From an uncultured Chloroflexia bacterium (GTDB taxonomy: Bacteria; Chloroflexota; Limnocylindria; Limnocylindrales; CSP1-4), in NCBI GenBank assembly GCA_963709605.1, contig CAVPWX010000013.1:81-64080 (forward strand): 64,000 bases of DNA, written 5' to 3'. How positions within the stretch are numbered: the first letter of the stretch is position 1; each line of letters opens with the position of its first letter. The position numbers were made by a program, and so were the translations under genes. Below the pieces are notes generated by a model that did not search any database, was not told the origin of the DNA, and worked only from the letters and a program-made list of their open reading frames with translations. Shown piece by piece: positions 1 to 11,146 of this stretch.

Positions 1-117
1 TCCAGGGGCCGCCGCCCGGTCGTGGTCGTCGGCCGGGAGGGGCGGTCGTACCCGGAACTCTACTACCCGGGGCCAAGAAGGGCGACGGGCCGCGTCGCCG
101 GCCGGATGCCGTGCTCC

Positions 118-1602
118 TCAGCCCCGGACGAGCGCCTCCCCGGCGGCCACGCAGGCGTCGGCGACGTCCGCGGACGTCGCCTCCGTGTAGACGCGGACGA
201 GCGGCTCCGTGCCGCTGAAGCGAACGAGCAGCCACGAGCCGTCGCCGACGTAGAACTTGAAGCCGTCGCCGGTGGCCAGCGCGATCGTCTGTGTCACGGG
301 CTGGCCGGCAAGGGCCGCCGGCGCCTTGTCCACGAGCTCGACCAGGAGGCGGTCCTTGACGGCCGGGTAGATCGCCCTGTCGACGTGGACGTCGACGCGC
401 CGGTAGAAGGACGGCCCGGCGATCTCGTGGAGATGCGCGATCGCCTTCGAGACCGGCCAACGGCCGGCCGCGCGCTCGCGGAGGAACAGGTCGAGAAGGA
501 GCAGGTCGGCGTAGATCCCGTCGCGCTCGGGCAGGTGCATCCCGAAGCCGTAGCCGCCGGATTCCTCGCCGCCGTACATCGCCCCGGTCTCGATCATCTT
601 CGGCCCCACGTACTTGAAGCCGACCGGCGTCTCGTGGACGGCGATGCCGTAGCGCGCGCCGAGCCGCTCCGCCATGGACGTCTCGTTCACGCTCTTCACC
701 ACCGGGTCGCGCATCCCGCGATGCTCGGCCAGGTAGTACATGAGCAGGCCGTAGACCTGCAGCTGGTGGATGAAGACGCCGCGCTCGTCGACGGCCCCGG
801 CCCGGTCCGCGTCGCCGTCGAGGAGGAGGCCGAGGTCGAACCCGCCGCGGGCAACGATCCCCAGCGCCTCGTCGACGTGCGGGCGGATCGGCTCCGGGTT
901 GACGCCCCCGAAGTAGGGGTTCCGCTCGGTGTGGATCTCGACGACCTCGATCCGCCCGCCGGCGAGGAGCCGGCTGATCCACCCGGCGCCCGAGCCCCAG
1001 AGCGGCTCCACGAGGACCCGCGCCTCGGCGGCCCGCAGGGCGTCGAGGTCGAGGCTTCGCCGGACGAAGCGCTCGTAGCCGGGGTAGGGGTCGAAGCGCT
1101 CGACGAGGCCGGCGGCCTCGGCGTCGGCCATCGGCCGCGACGGGATCGCCCGACCGCCGTTCTCGCGGATGACGGCCTCCAGGGTGGCGAGCATCTCCGG
1201 GCCGGCCGCGGCTCCCGTCGGCGACTTCACCTTGAAGCCGTTGTCGGTCCAGGGGTTGTGGCTGGCCGTGATGACGACCCCGGCCGCTGCCCCCCGCTCG
1301 ACCACCTCGTAGCTCGACATCTGGGTCGGCACCGCGTCGACGGCGAAGGCCACCGGGATATCGTAGGCCAGCAGGACCTCGGCCGCGGCGGCGGCGAAGT
1401 GCTCCGAAGCGAAGCGGCGGTCGTAGGCGACCACGACCCCCTTCGCCTGCTCGCCCCTGTCGGCGACGTAGCGGGCGACGCCCTCCGCGCAGCGGCGAAC
1501 GTTCACGAACGTGTAGTCGTCGGCGACCCTCGCCCGCCACCCGTCGGTGCCGAAGACGATCGTGGTCGGGGCAAAGGGGGCCCCGGCGCGCGGCGTGGTC
1601 AC
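118..1602 (-). CDS. Phosphoglucomutase/phosphomannomutase family protein
   Basis: FGTDGWR, TASHNP (catalytic Ser), DGDADR metal loop, GEESGG and RFSGTEP motifs; GTG start overlaps upstream stop, GGAGG RBS. Confidence 0.92.
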   Translation of the reverse strand: MTTPRAGAPFAPTTIVFGTDGWRARVADDYTFVNVRRCAEGVARYVADRGEQAKGVVVAYDRRFASEHFAAAAAEVLLAYDIPVAFAVDAVPTQMSSYEVVERGAAAGVVITASHNPWTDNGFKVKSPTGAAAGPEMLATLEAVIRENGGRAIPSRPMADAEAAGLVERFDPYPGYERFVRRSLDLDALRAAEARVLVEPLWGSGAGWISRLLAGGRIEVVEIHTERNPYFGGVNPEPIRPHVDEALGIVARGGFDLGLLLDGDADRAGAVDERGVFIHQLQVYGLLMYYLAEHRGMRDPVVKSVNETSMAERLGARYGIAVHETPVGFKYVGPKMIETGAMYGGEESGGYGFGMHLPERDGIYADLLLLDLFLRERAAGRWPVSKAIAHLHEIAGPSFYRRVDVHVDRAIYPAVKDRLLVELVDKAPAALAGQPVTQTIALATGDGFKFYVGDGSWLLVRFSGTEPLVRVYTEATSADVADACVAAGEALVRG

Positions 1603-2675
1603 GAATCCTCCTCCGCGGCCCGGGCAAGCTCCTCGGCGATCGCGCGGACCTCCTGGGAGCGGTCCGCGGCGCACACCAGCAGCGCATCCGGCGTGTCGAC
1701 GACGATGGTATCCCGGAGCCCCAGGGTCACGACGAGCCGCCCGCCGGCGAGGACGAGGGTGCCCTCCGACCCGACGTCGCGGCGAGGCCCGGACCCCACC
1801 GCGCCGGCCGGCTCGCCCTCGGCACGGGCCCGGGCGACGAGCGCGTCGCGGAGGGCGGCCCAGCTCCCGAGGTCGCTCCAGCCGACGTCGGCCCGGACCA
1901 TCGCCACGCGCCCCGCCAGCGATGCCGGCTCGAGCACCGCGTAGTCGATGGATGTCGCCCGGACGGTCGCGTAGGCGGCGTCCAGCGCGGCCGGGCCCCC
2001 CGCGACCCAGGCCCGGACGGTGGCCAGGATGTCAGGCGCCGATGCCGCGAGCGCCCCCAGGATGGCGTCGCGCCGCCACAGGAAGATGCCCGCGTTCCAG
2101 GCGACCGGCGCGGGCCCGGCCAGGAGCGCCGCCGCGGCGGCGGCGGCGGGCTTCTCGACGAAGCGGGCGACGGCGTACGCGCCGGGCTCGTCCCGCTCCG
2201 CGGCCGCGACGACGTAGCCGTAGCCGGTCTCCGGCCCGGTCGGCGCGATCCCCAGCGTCACCAGGGGTCCGTCGGCCGCGGCGGCCACCGCGGCCGCGCG
2301 GGCCAGGACGTCTCGGAACCCGGCGACGTCGGCGACGAGATGGTCCGCCGGCAGGACGGCCATGACCTCGCCCGCCTCGCGGTCGAGGGCGAGGGCGGCG
2401 AAGGCGACCGCGGCGGCCGTGTTGCGCCCCGCCGGCTCGGCGAGGACGTTGCCGGGCGGGAGCTCGGGCAGCTCGGCCCGGACCAGCTCGACGTGCCGGC
2501 GGTCGACGACGACGGCGACGTCCTGCGGCCCACCGAGCGCCGGCAGGACGCGCTCGAACGTCGCCCGCAGCAGCGTGCGTTCGCCGAGCAGGGGCAGAAA
2601 CGGCTTGGGCCGGTCGGGCCGGGAGAGCGGCCACAGCCGGGTGCCCCCGCCGCCGGCCAGGATGACGGCGTACAT
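1599..2675 (-). CDS. manC: Mannose-1-phosphate guanylyltransferase
   Basis: ILAGGGGTRLWPLSR..PKPFL, EPAGRNTA, FVEKP, WNAGIF, WSDLGSW motifs. Confidence 0.9.
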   Translation of the reverse strand: MYAVILAGGGGTRLWPLSRPDRPKPFLPLLGERTLLRATFERVLPALGGPQDVAVVVDRRHVELVRAELPELPPGNVLAEPAGRNTAAAVAFAALALDREAGEVMAVLPADHLVADVAGFRDVLARAAAVAAAADGPLVTLGIAPTGPETGYGYVVAAAERDEPGAYAVARFVEKPAAAAAAALLAGPAPVAWNAGIFLWRRDAILGALAASAPDILATVRAWVAGGPAALDAAYATVRATSIDYAVLEPASLAGRVAMVRADVGWSDLGSWAALRDALVARARAEGEPAGAVGSGPRRDVGSEGTLVLAGGRLVVTLGLRDTIVVDTPDALLVCAADRSQEVRAIAEELARAAEEDS

Positions 2676-2774
2676 CCCGCTGATTCTACGGGCCCGGAGA
2701 CGCGCCCATCGGGGCCCTGGCGGGGCCGGGGCGGCGGCCGGGCGTCGCTGATGGTCCCGCCGGCCCGCGCGCCG

Positions 2775-3962
2775 TCAGGCCTCCGGCGGATCGGGGACGG
2801 GGAGCCCGCACTCCGCGGCCAGGAGCTCCGCCTTGTCGGTCCGCTCCCACGGCAGGTCAAGGTCCGGGCGCCCGAAGTGGCCGTAGACGGCGGTCTGGCG
2901 GTAGATGGGGGTCAGCAGGTCGAGCGCCTCGATGATGCACGCCGGGCGCAGGTCGAAGTGGCGGTCGATGACGGCCCGGATCTGCTCGTCGGGCACCCGC
3001 CCGGTCCCGAAGGTCTCGATCGAGAGGGAGAGCGGGTGGGCGATCCCGATCCCGTAGGCGACCTCGAGCTCGAAGCGATCGGCCAGCCCGGCGGCGACGA
3101 CGTTCTTGGCCACCCAGCGCGCCGCGTACGCCGCCGAGCGATCGACCTTCGTGGGGTCCTTGCCGGAGAAGGCGCCGCCCCCGTGGCGGGCCATCCCGCC
3201 GTACGTGTCGACGATGATCTTGCGCCCGGTCAGGCCGGCGTCGCCCATCGGACCGCCGATGACGAAGCGTCCGGTCGGGTTGATGTGCATCACGGGGTCG
3301 GTCGGGCGGAGCTCGTGGGGGATGACGGGGAGGATGACCGCCTCGACGAGGTCGTCGCGCATGTGCGCCGGCGCGTCGGGATCGTGCTGGGCCGCGATGA
3401 GGACGGTCGGCACCCGGACCGGTCGGCCGTGCTCGTACTCCACGGTGACCTGGGTCTTGCCGTCGGGCCGCAGCCAGGGGAGCTGCCCCGACTTGCGAGC
3501 CTCGGCCAGCCGGCGCGCCAGCCGGTGGGCGAGGGCGATCGGCAGCGGCATCAGCTCCGGCGTCTCGCGGCAGGCGAAGCCGAACATCATTCCCTGGTCG
3601 CCCGCGCCGAGCTCGGCGGCGTCCACCCCGCGGGCGATGTCGGGCGACTGCTCCTTGATGCTCACCAGCGCGCCGCAGGTCTGGTAGTCGAAGCCGTAGT
3701 CGGCCTTCGTGTACCCGATCTCGCGCACCGTCTCCCGGATGACGGCCTGGAAGTCGACGTAGGTCTCGGTCGTGATCTCGCCGAGGACGGCGACAAGGCC
3801 GGTGGTCGTGGCCGCCTCGCAGGCCACGCGGGCGTGGGGATCCTCGCGGATGATCGCGTCCAGGATCGCGTCCGAGATCTGGTCGCACATCTTGTCCGGG
3901 TGGCCCTCGGTGACCGACTCGGACGTGAACAGGTAGCTCGGCGCGTCGATGATGCTCGTCAT
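2775..3962 (-). CDS. metK: S-adenosylmethionine synthetase
   Basis: [35 protein letters not shown] signatures. Confidence 0.97.
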   Translation of the reverse strand: MTSIIDAPSYLFTSESVTEGHPDKMCDQISDAILDAIIREDPHARVACEAATTTGLVAVLGEITTETYVDFQAVIRETVREIGYTKADYGFDYQTCGALVSIKEQSPDIARGVDAAELGAGDQGMMFGFACRETPELMPLPIALAHRLARRLAEARKSGQLPWLRPDGKTQVTVEYEHGRPVRVPTVLIAAQHDPDAPAHMRDDLVEAVILPVIPHELRPTDPVMHINPTGRFVIGGPMGDAGLTGRKIIVDTYGGMARHGGGAFSGKDPTKVDRSAAYAARWVAKNVVAAGLADRFELEVAYGIGIAHPLSLSIETFGTGRVPDEQIRAVIDRHFDLRPACIIEALDLLTPIYRQTAVYGHFGRPDLDLPWERTDKAELLAAECGLPVPDPPEA

Positions 3963-3985
3963 GGCGGCGGGGAGCGTAGCACGAG

Positions 3986-4049
3986 CGCGTGGCGGCCTCT
4001 CCGCGTGGCGGCCTCTCCGCGTGGCGGCCTCTCCGCGTGGCGGCCTCTC
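3986..4049. repeat. Perfect tandem repeat, 4 x 16 bp (CGCGTGGCGGCCTCTC)
   Basis: Units at 3986, 4002, 4018, 4034, between the sortase-like gene stop and the metK promoter. Confidence 0.95.
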
Positions 4050-4782
4050 ACCGCCCGCAGACGCGGGGCTTCGCCGCCGGCTGGGCCTCGGCCTCCGGCG
4101 CCAGCACCGGATCGCCGACCTGGCGGGCCACGAGCATCACCTTGGTCCCGGTCCGGTACTGGTTCTCGGAGGTCTGGAGGACGAGCGAGTTCGGGGGCAG
4201 GGCGAAGGCCCAGTCGAGCGACTTCTTCGACGGTCGCACGGAGCTGATCCGGTACGTGTAGCGATGGTCGTTCGCGGTCCAGACGGTGACCCGGTCGCCG
4301 AGCATGGCCCGCCCGCCGTTCCGGCGCGAGGCGAGCAGGATCGGCAGGAACATCCCCTCCTGGGCGTGGGCGTAGATGTAGGTCACGCCGCCGGCGCCCG
4401 GGTGCTGGAATGTCGGCGGCCGGAAGTACTCGGCCACGTCGCAGAGGGGCCACGTGGAGTTGCGGGGAGGGGCCACGACCGGGAGGTCGATGCCGAGGCT
4501 CGGGATCGCGACCCGCGTCGGCGCGCCCGCGCGGCCGCTCGCCGGGACCGGCGTGGGCGTCGACGTCGGCTCCGGGGTGACGCCCGGGTCGTAGGCAGGC
4601 GGCGGCCCCGCCGGCCCGGCCGGCGATGGGTCCGGCGACGCGGTGGGCGCCGGCGTCGGGGTCGGGGCTGCGATCGGCGACGGGGCGGGCGGCGACGACG
4701 GGGTCGAGGTGGCCGGGGTCGCGCAGCCGGTCACGACCGCGGCCACCAGGAGCGCCGCCGCGGTGGCGCGTCCGGGGCTCAC
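4048..4782 (-). CDS. Sortase-like lipoprotein with atypical active site (LQTS)
   Basis: Lipobox-like VVTGC, Pro/Thr/Ser-rich linker, then [39 protein letters not shown] sortase-fold pattern; GTG overlaps upstream stop. Confidence 0.75.
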   Translation of the reverse strand: MSPGRATAAALLVAAVVTGCATPATSTPSSPPAPSPIAAPTPTPAPTASPDPSPAGPAGPPPAYDPGVTPEPTSTPTPVPASGRAGAPTRVAIPSLGIDLPVVAPPRNSTWPLCDVAEYFRPPTFQHPGAGGVTYIYAHAQEGMFLPILLASRRNGGRAMLGDRVTVWTANDHRYTYRISSVRPSKKSLDWAFALPPNSLVLQTSENQYRTGTKVMLVARQVGDPVLAPEAEAQPAAKPRVCGR

Positions 4783-6746
4783 CCGGGCGTGCCGCGCCAG
4801 GGCAGCTCCGGAAGGTCGTCCGCCGGCGCGAACCCGAAGACGCCCCCGTAGAAGGCGAGCTCCGCCTGGACTGCGCGGACGATGTTCGCCGCCTGGCGGA
4901 ACCCGTGGTCCTCGCCCTCGAACGCCAGGTAGACGTGGGGGATCCCCTTGGCCGCCAGGGCCGCGACGATCCGTTCCGCCTCGCTGGGCGGCACGACCCG
5001 GTCGTCGAGCCCCTGCAGGACGAGGACCGGGCAGGAGAAGCCGTCGGCGTGGAAGATCGGCGACCGGGCGAGGTAGCGCTCGCGCTCGGCCGGGTACCGG
5101 CCGACGAGACGGTCGAGGTAGCGCGACTCGAACTTGTGGGTCTCGGTCACGAAGGCCTCGAGGTTGCCGATCCCGAAGTAGCTGACGCCCGCCCGGAAGA
5201 CGTCCCGGAAGGCGAGCGCGGCGAGCGTCGTGAAGCCCGAGGCGCTCCCACCCTCGATGGCCAGGCGCCGGGGGTCGGCCTCGCCCCGGCGGGCCATCTC
5301 GAGCGCGCCGGCGACGCAGTCGTCCACGTCGACGATCCCCCATGCGCCCTCGAGGCGCTTGCGGTAGGCCTTCCCGTAGCCGGTGCTGCCGCCGTAGTCG
5401 ACGTCGAGGACGGCGACGCCGCGGCTGGTGAGCACCTGGACCGGGAGGTGGAGCCCCGTGAAGGCGCCGGAGGTCGGGCCCCCGTGGCTCGTCACGACGA
5501 GCGGCGGCAGCTCACCCGCGGGGGCCCGGAACGCCGGGTTCGTGGGCCGGTACAGGATCCCGTGGGCGGTCCGCTCGCCGCTGGTCGGGAACTCGACGGG
5601 CTCGCCGACCGAGACGACGGCCGGATCGAGGACGAGGTCTGACGAGGCGCGGACGACCGTCCAGGCGCCGGTCCCGAGGTCGATCCGGACGAGGCTCCGG
5701 AAGATCGTCGGCGAGGCGACGATGGCGGCCGCCTCCGAACCCCGAACGGCCAGGTCGCCGATCGCGGTGAACGGCAGGTCGAGGGCGACGGGCGGGCGTC
5801 CGCCGGACGGGTCGATCCGCCACAGCCGGTCGCGCCCGGCGGAGCGCCCCACGGCGATGATGGTGCCGTCGCCGGCGGCCCCGTGCGTGGACAGCCCGAA
5901 GACCCAGTCGGGGCCCACGAACTCCGCGGCGATCCCCGCGGTCAGGGGCACCAGGCCCGCGCCGTCCCAGCGGTGCAGGCCGATCCACTCGCCGGGCTCC
6001 GAGGCAAGCACCAGCGAGCCGTCGGGGGCCCAGCGCGGCTGGGCGGTCCACGTCGACGCGTCGCCTGCGACGACCTGCCCCGGGCCCGGCCGCCCGGCCG
6101 CGTCGAGGGCCGCGACGGCGCACTCGGTGCCGTCCCAGGGGAGGTTCGGGTGATCCCAGCGCAGCCAGGCGAGGCGCGAGCCGTCGGGCGCCAGCCGCGG
6201 GGACGAAACGAAGTCGCTGCCGGCGACGAGCACCTCGACGGCGGCCGGGTCGGCCGCCGCGGCGCCGTCGAGCGGGACGGCCACGATCGCGTTGCTCGCC
6301 TCGCCCGGCCCGGAATGGTCCTCCCGGACGGCGAGAAGCCGGCGGCGCGCGGCGTCGAGCTCCAGGTCGGCGAAGCGGAAGGGACCGTCGGGGGTGAGCG
6401 GCACGGCCGTCCGGCCGGGCGCCACGCGCAGCAGGCGGCCCGTCGCGAAATCGGAGACCACGACGACGTCGCCGGCAGCGAGGTACGCCCCGCCGCCGTA
6501 CTCGTGGACGCGCGTCCGGACGTTGACCCCGGGCGGGCTCACATCCACCGGCTCCCCGCCCGGGCGGAGCCGGACCAGCGTCGCCCGCCCGCCGTCATCC
6601 GGTCGACCCTCCAGCCAGAGGAGGTCGTCGCCGTCCCAGCGCGCCTCGGCCAGGCGCACGAACCCGGCTGTCACCGCTTCGATCGGGATCGCGGAGCGCC
6701 AGCTCCCGCACGGCGCCACGACCCGATCAGGCGCTCCGTTCGTCAT
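4779..6746 (-). CDS. S9 family (prolyl oligopeptidase/acylaminoacyl) peptidase
   Basis: HGGPT, GSTGYG, GGSASG nucleophile elbow, QGLDDRVV, GEDHGF. Confidence 0.92.
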   Translation of the reverse strand: MTNGAPDRVVAPCGSWRSAIPIEAVTAGFVRLAEARWDGDDLLWLEGRPDDGGRATLVRLRPGGEPVDVSPPGVNVRTRVHEYGGGAYLAAGDVVVVSDFATGRLLRVAPGRTAVPLTPDGPFRFADLELDAARRRLLAVREDHSGPGEASNAIVAVPLDGAAAADPAAVEVLVAGSDFVSSPRLAPDGSRLAWLRWDHPNLPWDGTECAVAALDAAGRPGPGQVVAGDASTWTAQPRWAPDGSLVLASEPGEWIGLHRWDGAGLVPLTAGIAAEFVGPDWVFGLSTHGAAGDGTIIAVGRSAGRDRLWRIDPSGGRPPVALDLPFTAIGDLAVRGSEAAAIVASPTIFRSLVRIDLGTGAWTVVRASSDLVLDPAVVSVGEPVEFPTSGERTAHGILYRPTNPAFRAPAGELPPLVVTSHGGPTSGAFTGLHLPVQVLTSRGVAVLDVDYGGSTGYGKAYRKRLEGAWGIVDVDDCVAGALEMARRGEADPRRLAIEGGSASGFTTLAALAFRDVFRAGVSYFGIGNLEAFVTETHKFESRYLDRLVGRYPAERERYLARSPIFHADGFSCPVLVLQGLDDRVVPPSEAERIVAALAAKGIPHVYLAFEGEDHGFRQAANIVRAVQAELAFYGGVFGFAPADDLPELPWRGTPG

Positions 6747-6765
6747 CGCTTCCGTTCGCCTCAGC

Positions 6766-8043
6766 CTACGTTCCGCTGTGCCAGGAGGCGACGTAGACCT
6801 TCTGCTCGTCGGTCATGTCGTCGATGTGGATCCCGAGGGCCTCGAGCTTGAGGCGAGCCACCTCCGCGTCGATCGCCTCGGGGACGACGTAGACGGTCGG
6901 CTCGAGCTCGCCGTGGTGGGCCACGACATACTCGGCGGAGAGCGCCTGGTTGGCGAAGCTCATGTCCATGACCGCCGCGGGGTGACCCTCGGCCGCCCCC
7001 AGGTTCACCAGCCGGCCCTCCGCGATGAGGTGCAGCTTCTTGGGGCCGAGGTCGAACTCCTGGACGTTCTCGCGGACCTCGCGGACGTGGCCCTCGGCGA
7101 GGGCGCGCAGGGCCACGAGGTCGAGCTCGGCGTCGAAGTGGCCGCTGTTGGCCATGATCGCCCCGTCCGGCATGGCCACGAAATGCTCGCGGCGGAAGAC
7201 GTTGACGTTGCCCGTGGCGGTCACGAAGAGCTCGCCCCAGGGCGCGGCCTGGTCGACCGTCTTCACCTCGAAGCCGTCCATGAGCGCCTCCAGCGCCCGG
7301 ACCGGGTTCACCTCCACGATGGCGACGTGGGCCCCGTGCCCCTTGAGGCGGGCCGCGATCCCCTTCCCCACCCAGCCGTAGCCGGCGACGACGGCGCGAC
7401 GGCCGGCGATCAGGATGTTCGTGGCCCGCAGGATCCCGTCGAGCGTGCTCTGGCCGGTCCCGTACCGGTTGTCGAAGAGGTGCTTCGTCTCGGCTTCGTT
7501 GACGGCCACCACCGGGAAGCGCAGCGCGCCGTCGCGGGCCATCGCCCGGAGGCGGATGACGCCGGTCGTCGTCTCCTCGGTCCCGGCGAGGACGCCGTCG
7601 AGCAGGTCGGTCCGCTCGCTGTGGAGGAGGCTGACGAGGTCGCACCCGTCGTCCATCGTGATGTGGGGCTTCGTGTCGGCGATCGCGTTGAGGTGCGCGT
7701 AGTAGGTGTCGCGGTCCTCGCCCCGCCGGGCGAAGACGCCGATCCCGTAGCGCGCGGTGAGCGCCGCCGCCACGTCGTCCTTCGTGGAGAGCGGGTTGCT
7801 CGCCGCGAGGGAGACCTCCGCCCCGCCGGCCGCCAGCGTGCGGACCAGGTTGGCCGTCTCGGTCGTGACGTGGAGACAGGCCGCGACCCGGATCCCGGCC
7901 AGCGGCCGCTCCCGGGCGAATCGCTCGCGGATGAGGCGCAGGACGGGCATCTCGCGCTCCGCCCACTCGATGCGGCGGACGCCCTCGTCGGCGAGGCCAA
8001 GGTCGGTGACATCGTGGGGCGGCAGGGCGGTCGGGGTGGTCAT
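6766..8043 (-). CDS. ahcY: Adenosylhomocysteinase
   Basis: [42 protein letters not shown]. Confidence 0.97.
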   Translation of the reverse strand: MTTPTALPPHDVTDLGLADEGVRRIEWAEREMPVLRLIRERFARERPLAGIRVAACLHVTTETANLVRTLAAGGAEVSLAASNPLSTKDDVAAALTARYGIGVFARRGEDRDTYYAHLNAIADTKPHITMDDGCDLVSLLHSERTDLLDGVLAGTEETTTGVIRLRAMARDGALRFPVVAVNEAETKHLFDNRYGTGQSTLDGILRATNILIAGRRAVVAGYGWVGKGIAARLKGHGAHVAIVEVNPVRALEALMDGFEVKTVDQAAPWGELFVTATGNVNVFRREHFVAMPDGAIMANSGHFDAELDLVALRALAEGHVREVRENVQEFDLGPKKLHLIAEGRLVNLGAAEGHPAAVMDMSFANQALSAEYVVAHHGELEPTVYVVPEAIDAEVARLKLEALGIHIDDMTDEQKVYVASWHSGT

Positions 8044-8117
8044 CGGGGGTGGGATCTCCGGGCGGGGACCGGCGGACAGGCGGCCGGCGGCCAGCCGATT
8101 ATGCCCGAGCGACGCGA

Positions 8118-8987
8118 TCAGCCGTCACGCCGCAGGAGGCGCCGGATCGGGCCTGCCAGGGAGCGCACCAGCCCGCCCCCGACAGCGGCCCGGTGCACGA
8201 GCCGTTCTTCGAACCGGACGTGCTCGCGGAATCCCAGCTTGCGATAGGCCTGGATGGCGGGCGGGTTGTCGGAGCGGACGTTGAGGACGACCTCGTCGCA
8301 GGACCGCAGCAGCTCGGCGGTGACGGCCGCCGTGACGGCGGTGGCGTAGCCGCGGCCGCGGAAGTCCGTGTGGGTCATGACGTTTCCCACGACGCCCAGG
8401 CGGGCCTCGGGCGAGATGACGTGGGTCCCCGCGGCCGCAACCAGCCGCCCGTTCACCCGGATGCCGTAGTAGACCCCCTCGGCGATCGCCGAGGGAGGCA
8501 GCCAGGCCGTGAAGCCGAGCTGGTAGAGGCGGTTGAGGTCGCTGATCTCGACCGGGAGGAGGCGCGCCACGTCCGCCGGATACGGGCGGAACGAGGCCCG
8601 GTCGACCCACATCCGGAGCATCGGCGCGCCCGGCTCGACGCGGTAGTGGGCCTCCAGGGCCGGCAGGGCTGCCGGGAGGAGGGCGGCGTACGCCGCCCGG
8701 GGCCGGATCACGTCGCGCAGGATCGCCGATATCCCCGCGTTCTCCCCCATGGCGAAGAGGGGTTGCGGTGAGTGCCCGGCGTACTCCAGGACGACCGCGA
8801 TCGGCTCCGGGCCTGCCATGGCGACGCCCCAGTGCGTCCTGGAGAACTCGCGGACGTCGAGGTCGCACAGGGCGTAGGCGGCGAAGAGCCGGTCTCGCTC
8901 GAGGAAGGCCCGCAGGAGGGCCCGGTCCTCGGTCGCGCGTGCGGTGACGCCGGGGCCTGCGACGGAGGAGGTCGCCGCGGTCGCCAT
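8118..8987 (-). CDS. GNAT family N-acetyltransferase (FR47-like C-terminal domain)
   Basis: [16 protein letters not shown] acetyl-CoA motif A; [13 protein letters not shown] motif B. Confidence 0.85.
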   Translation of the reverse strand: MATAATSSVAGPGVTARATEDRALLRAFLERDRLFAAYALCDLDVREFSRTHWGVAMAGPEPIAVVLEYAGHSPQPLFAMGENAGISAILRDVIRPRAAYAALLPAALPALEAHYRVEPGAPMLRMWVDRASFRPYPADVARLLPVEISDLNRLYQLGFTAWLPPSAIAEGVYYGIRVNGRLVAAAGTHVISPEARLGVVGNVMTHTDFRGRGYATAVTAAVTAELLRSCDEVVLNVRSDNPPAIQAYRKLGFREHVRFEERLVHRAAVGGGLVRSLAGPIRRLLRRDG

Positions 8988-8988
8988 G

Positions 8989-10444
8989 TCAGGAGGCCGA
9001 GGCCGCGTCGGGCGGCAGGTCGGGGCGGGGCGGGCCGTCGGGGCGGGGCGGGCCGTCGGGGCCTCGCGGGCCGTCGGGGCCGGGCGGAGGCGCCGGGAGG
9101 CGCGCCGGCGCCGGCCGGCGCGCCTCCCGGGTGGCCACGGCCCCCGCGATCGCCGGCCCGTACGGGGCGCGCAGGACGCCGGCCTCGGTGACGATGGTCG
9201 TGATCAGCTCGGCCGGGGTGACGTCGAAGGAGGGGTTGATCGCGGCGGCGCCCGCGGGCGTGATACGGCGGCCCCCGAAGCCGGTGACTTCCCCGGCGCC
9301 CCGCATCTCCACCGGGATCCGCGACCCGTCGGGGCACTCCCCGTCCAGGGTCGACGTCGGGGCGACGACATGGAAGGGCACCCCGTGGCGGGCGGCGAGG
9401 ACCGCCAGCGGGTAGGTGCCCACCTTGTTCGCCGTATCACCGTTCGCCGCGATCCGGTCGGCACCGACGAGGACGGCATCGACGTCGCCGGTCGCCAGGA
9501 GCCAGCCCGCCGCGGCGTCGGCCAGGAGCGTGTACGGGATCCCGGCCTGGCCGAGCTCCCACGCCGTCAGCCGGGCCCCCTGGAGCCAGGGCCGCGTCTC
9601 GTCGACGTAGACGTGGACGTCGCGACCGTCGGCGGCGAGGGCCTGGACGACGCCGAGGGCGGTTCCCACCTGGCCGCAGGCGAGGGGCCCGGTGTTGCAG
9701 TGGGTGAGGAGCCGCAGCGGGCGCCCCTCGGGCACCGGGAGGAGCTCGACGCCCCAGCGGGCCATCGCCGCGTGGTCCAGCGTTGCCTCGCCGATGATCG
9801 CCTCGGCCTCGGCTCGAAGCGCGGCCGCGATGGCCGGGCCGTCCTCGCCGAGCTCGCCCATCTCGGCGTAGCGGTCCAGCATCCGGTTCGTCGCCCAGCG
9901 GATGGAGACGGCCGTCGGCCGGGCGTTGACGAGCGCGTTGGCCGAGCCCCGGAGGATCGCCCGGCGCGCGTACGGCTTCGACGCCGTGGCCCGACCTGCC
10001 GCCAGCGCGAGCCCGGCGGCCGCCACCTGGCCCAGCGCCGGTGCGCCCCGGACGACCATCTCGCGGATCGCCTGGGCGACGTCGCCCGCCGACTCGCAGA
10101 CGACCTCCACGAGCTCGTCGGGCAGGCGACGCTGGTCGACGAGGACGAGCCGGTCGGCCTCGAGGCGGAACGGGCTCCGGAACCCCGGCGGGGACGCCGG
10201 AGCGGCGGGCGAACCGCCCGTTGCGACGCCCCCTGCCGCGCCCGGACCCGCCTCGGCGAGAATCCCGATCGGCCACCTCCCGGGTGGTCTCGCGCAGCAC
10301 CCCCGCGGCGCCCACGAGCGTCGCCGCGGTGCGCACCGCGTCGTCCGCCATCGTCCTGAAGAAGCGGCGCCGGGCGAGACGGAGCGCCTCGTCCGGGTCG
10401 GGCGCCGGCGGGGGCGGATCGGCGGGGCGGTCCGCGTCACTCAT
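8989..10444 (-). CDS. mtnA: S-methyl-5-thioribose-1-phosphate isomerase with N-terminal extension; apparent frameshift near 10268
   Basis: VRGAPALG, RPTAV, THCNTG, DETRP.LQGARLTAWEL, GADRIAANGDTANKVG, NPSFDVTP; the protein-like N-terminus (MSDADRPAD...) is in a different frame from the catalytic domain. Confidence 0.85.
9007..9085. repeat. Imperfect 18-bp tandem repeats encoding PDGPRG/PDGPPR in the MtnA C-terminal tail
   Basis: GCGGGCCGTCGGGGC core repeated three times at 18-bp spacing. Confidence 0.75.
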
Positions 10445-10486
10445 GGCACGGGCGGGGGGACGCGGGGCCGGCAGGCGGACCGTGGC

Positions 10487-11008
10487 TCAGTACTGGATGA
10501 CCGAGGAGACCACCAGCTCGGTCAGCCGCTCGCGGCCCTTGAGGAACGAGAGCTCGACGAGGAAGGCCAGGCCCACGATGTCGCCGTGCAGCCGCTGCAC
10601 GAGCTCGACGGTTCCCCGGACCGTCCCGCCGGTGGCCAGCAGGTCGTCGACGATGAGGACCTTCTGGCCGGGCTGGATCGCGTCCCGGTGGACCTCGAGG
10701 GTGTTGGAGCCGTACTCGAGGGCGTATTCGACGCTGATCGTCTCCGCCGGCAGCTTGCCGAGCTTGCGCACGGGGACGAGCCCGGCGCCGATCTGGTACG
10801 CCATCGGGGCGGAGAAGATGAACCCGCGGGACTCCATGCCCACGACGATGTCGACCTTCTGGCCCGCATAGGGCGCCAGCATCGCGTCGATGGCCGCGCG
10901 GTACGCGGCGGGGTCCTTGAGGAGCGTGGTGATGTCGTAGAACAGGATCCCCGGCTTCGGGAAGTCCGGGATCTCGCGGATCTTCGCGCGGAGCTCGTCC
11001 GGGGTCAT
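10487..11008 (-). CDS. apt: Adenine phosphoribosyltransferase
   Basis: IPDFPKPGILFYDIT, ESRGFIF, RKLGKLP, YALEYG, VDDLLATGGT. Confidence 0.97.
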   Translation of the reverse strand: MTPDELRAKIREIPDFPKPGILFYDITTLLKDPAAYRAAIDAMLAPYAGQKVDIVVGMESRGFIFSAPMAYQIGAGLVPVRKLGKLPAETISVEYALEYGSNTLEVHRDAIQPGQKVLIVDDLLATGGTVRGTVELVQRLHGDIVGLAFLVELSFLKGRERLTELVVSSVIQY

Positions 11009-11146
11009 CGTCGCGGAAACCTCCAGGGCGCCGGCCGGCGCCGGGATGTGGCGGTCGCGGGCGGCCGGGCGCCGCCCCGCCGGAAGTCTACCGCAGCGGC
11101 GCGCCTGCTTGACCCGCAGGCCGCCGGCGGGTCGCGAGCCCGTCGC

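Noticed and set aside
3986-4049. Possible CRISPR array
   Set aside because: 16-bp units are contiguous with no spacers, and no cas genes are present
8044-8105. Possible SAH riboswitch in the ahcY leader
   Set aside because: Short leader after CATAAT lacks the GAGGAGCG and CAGGCUC core elements I would expect; an Rfam scan would settle it
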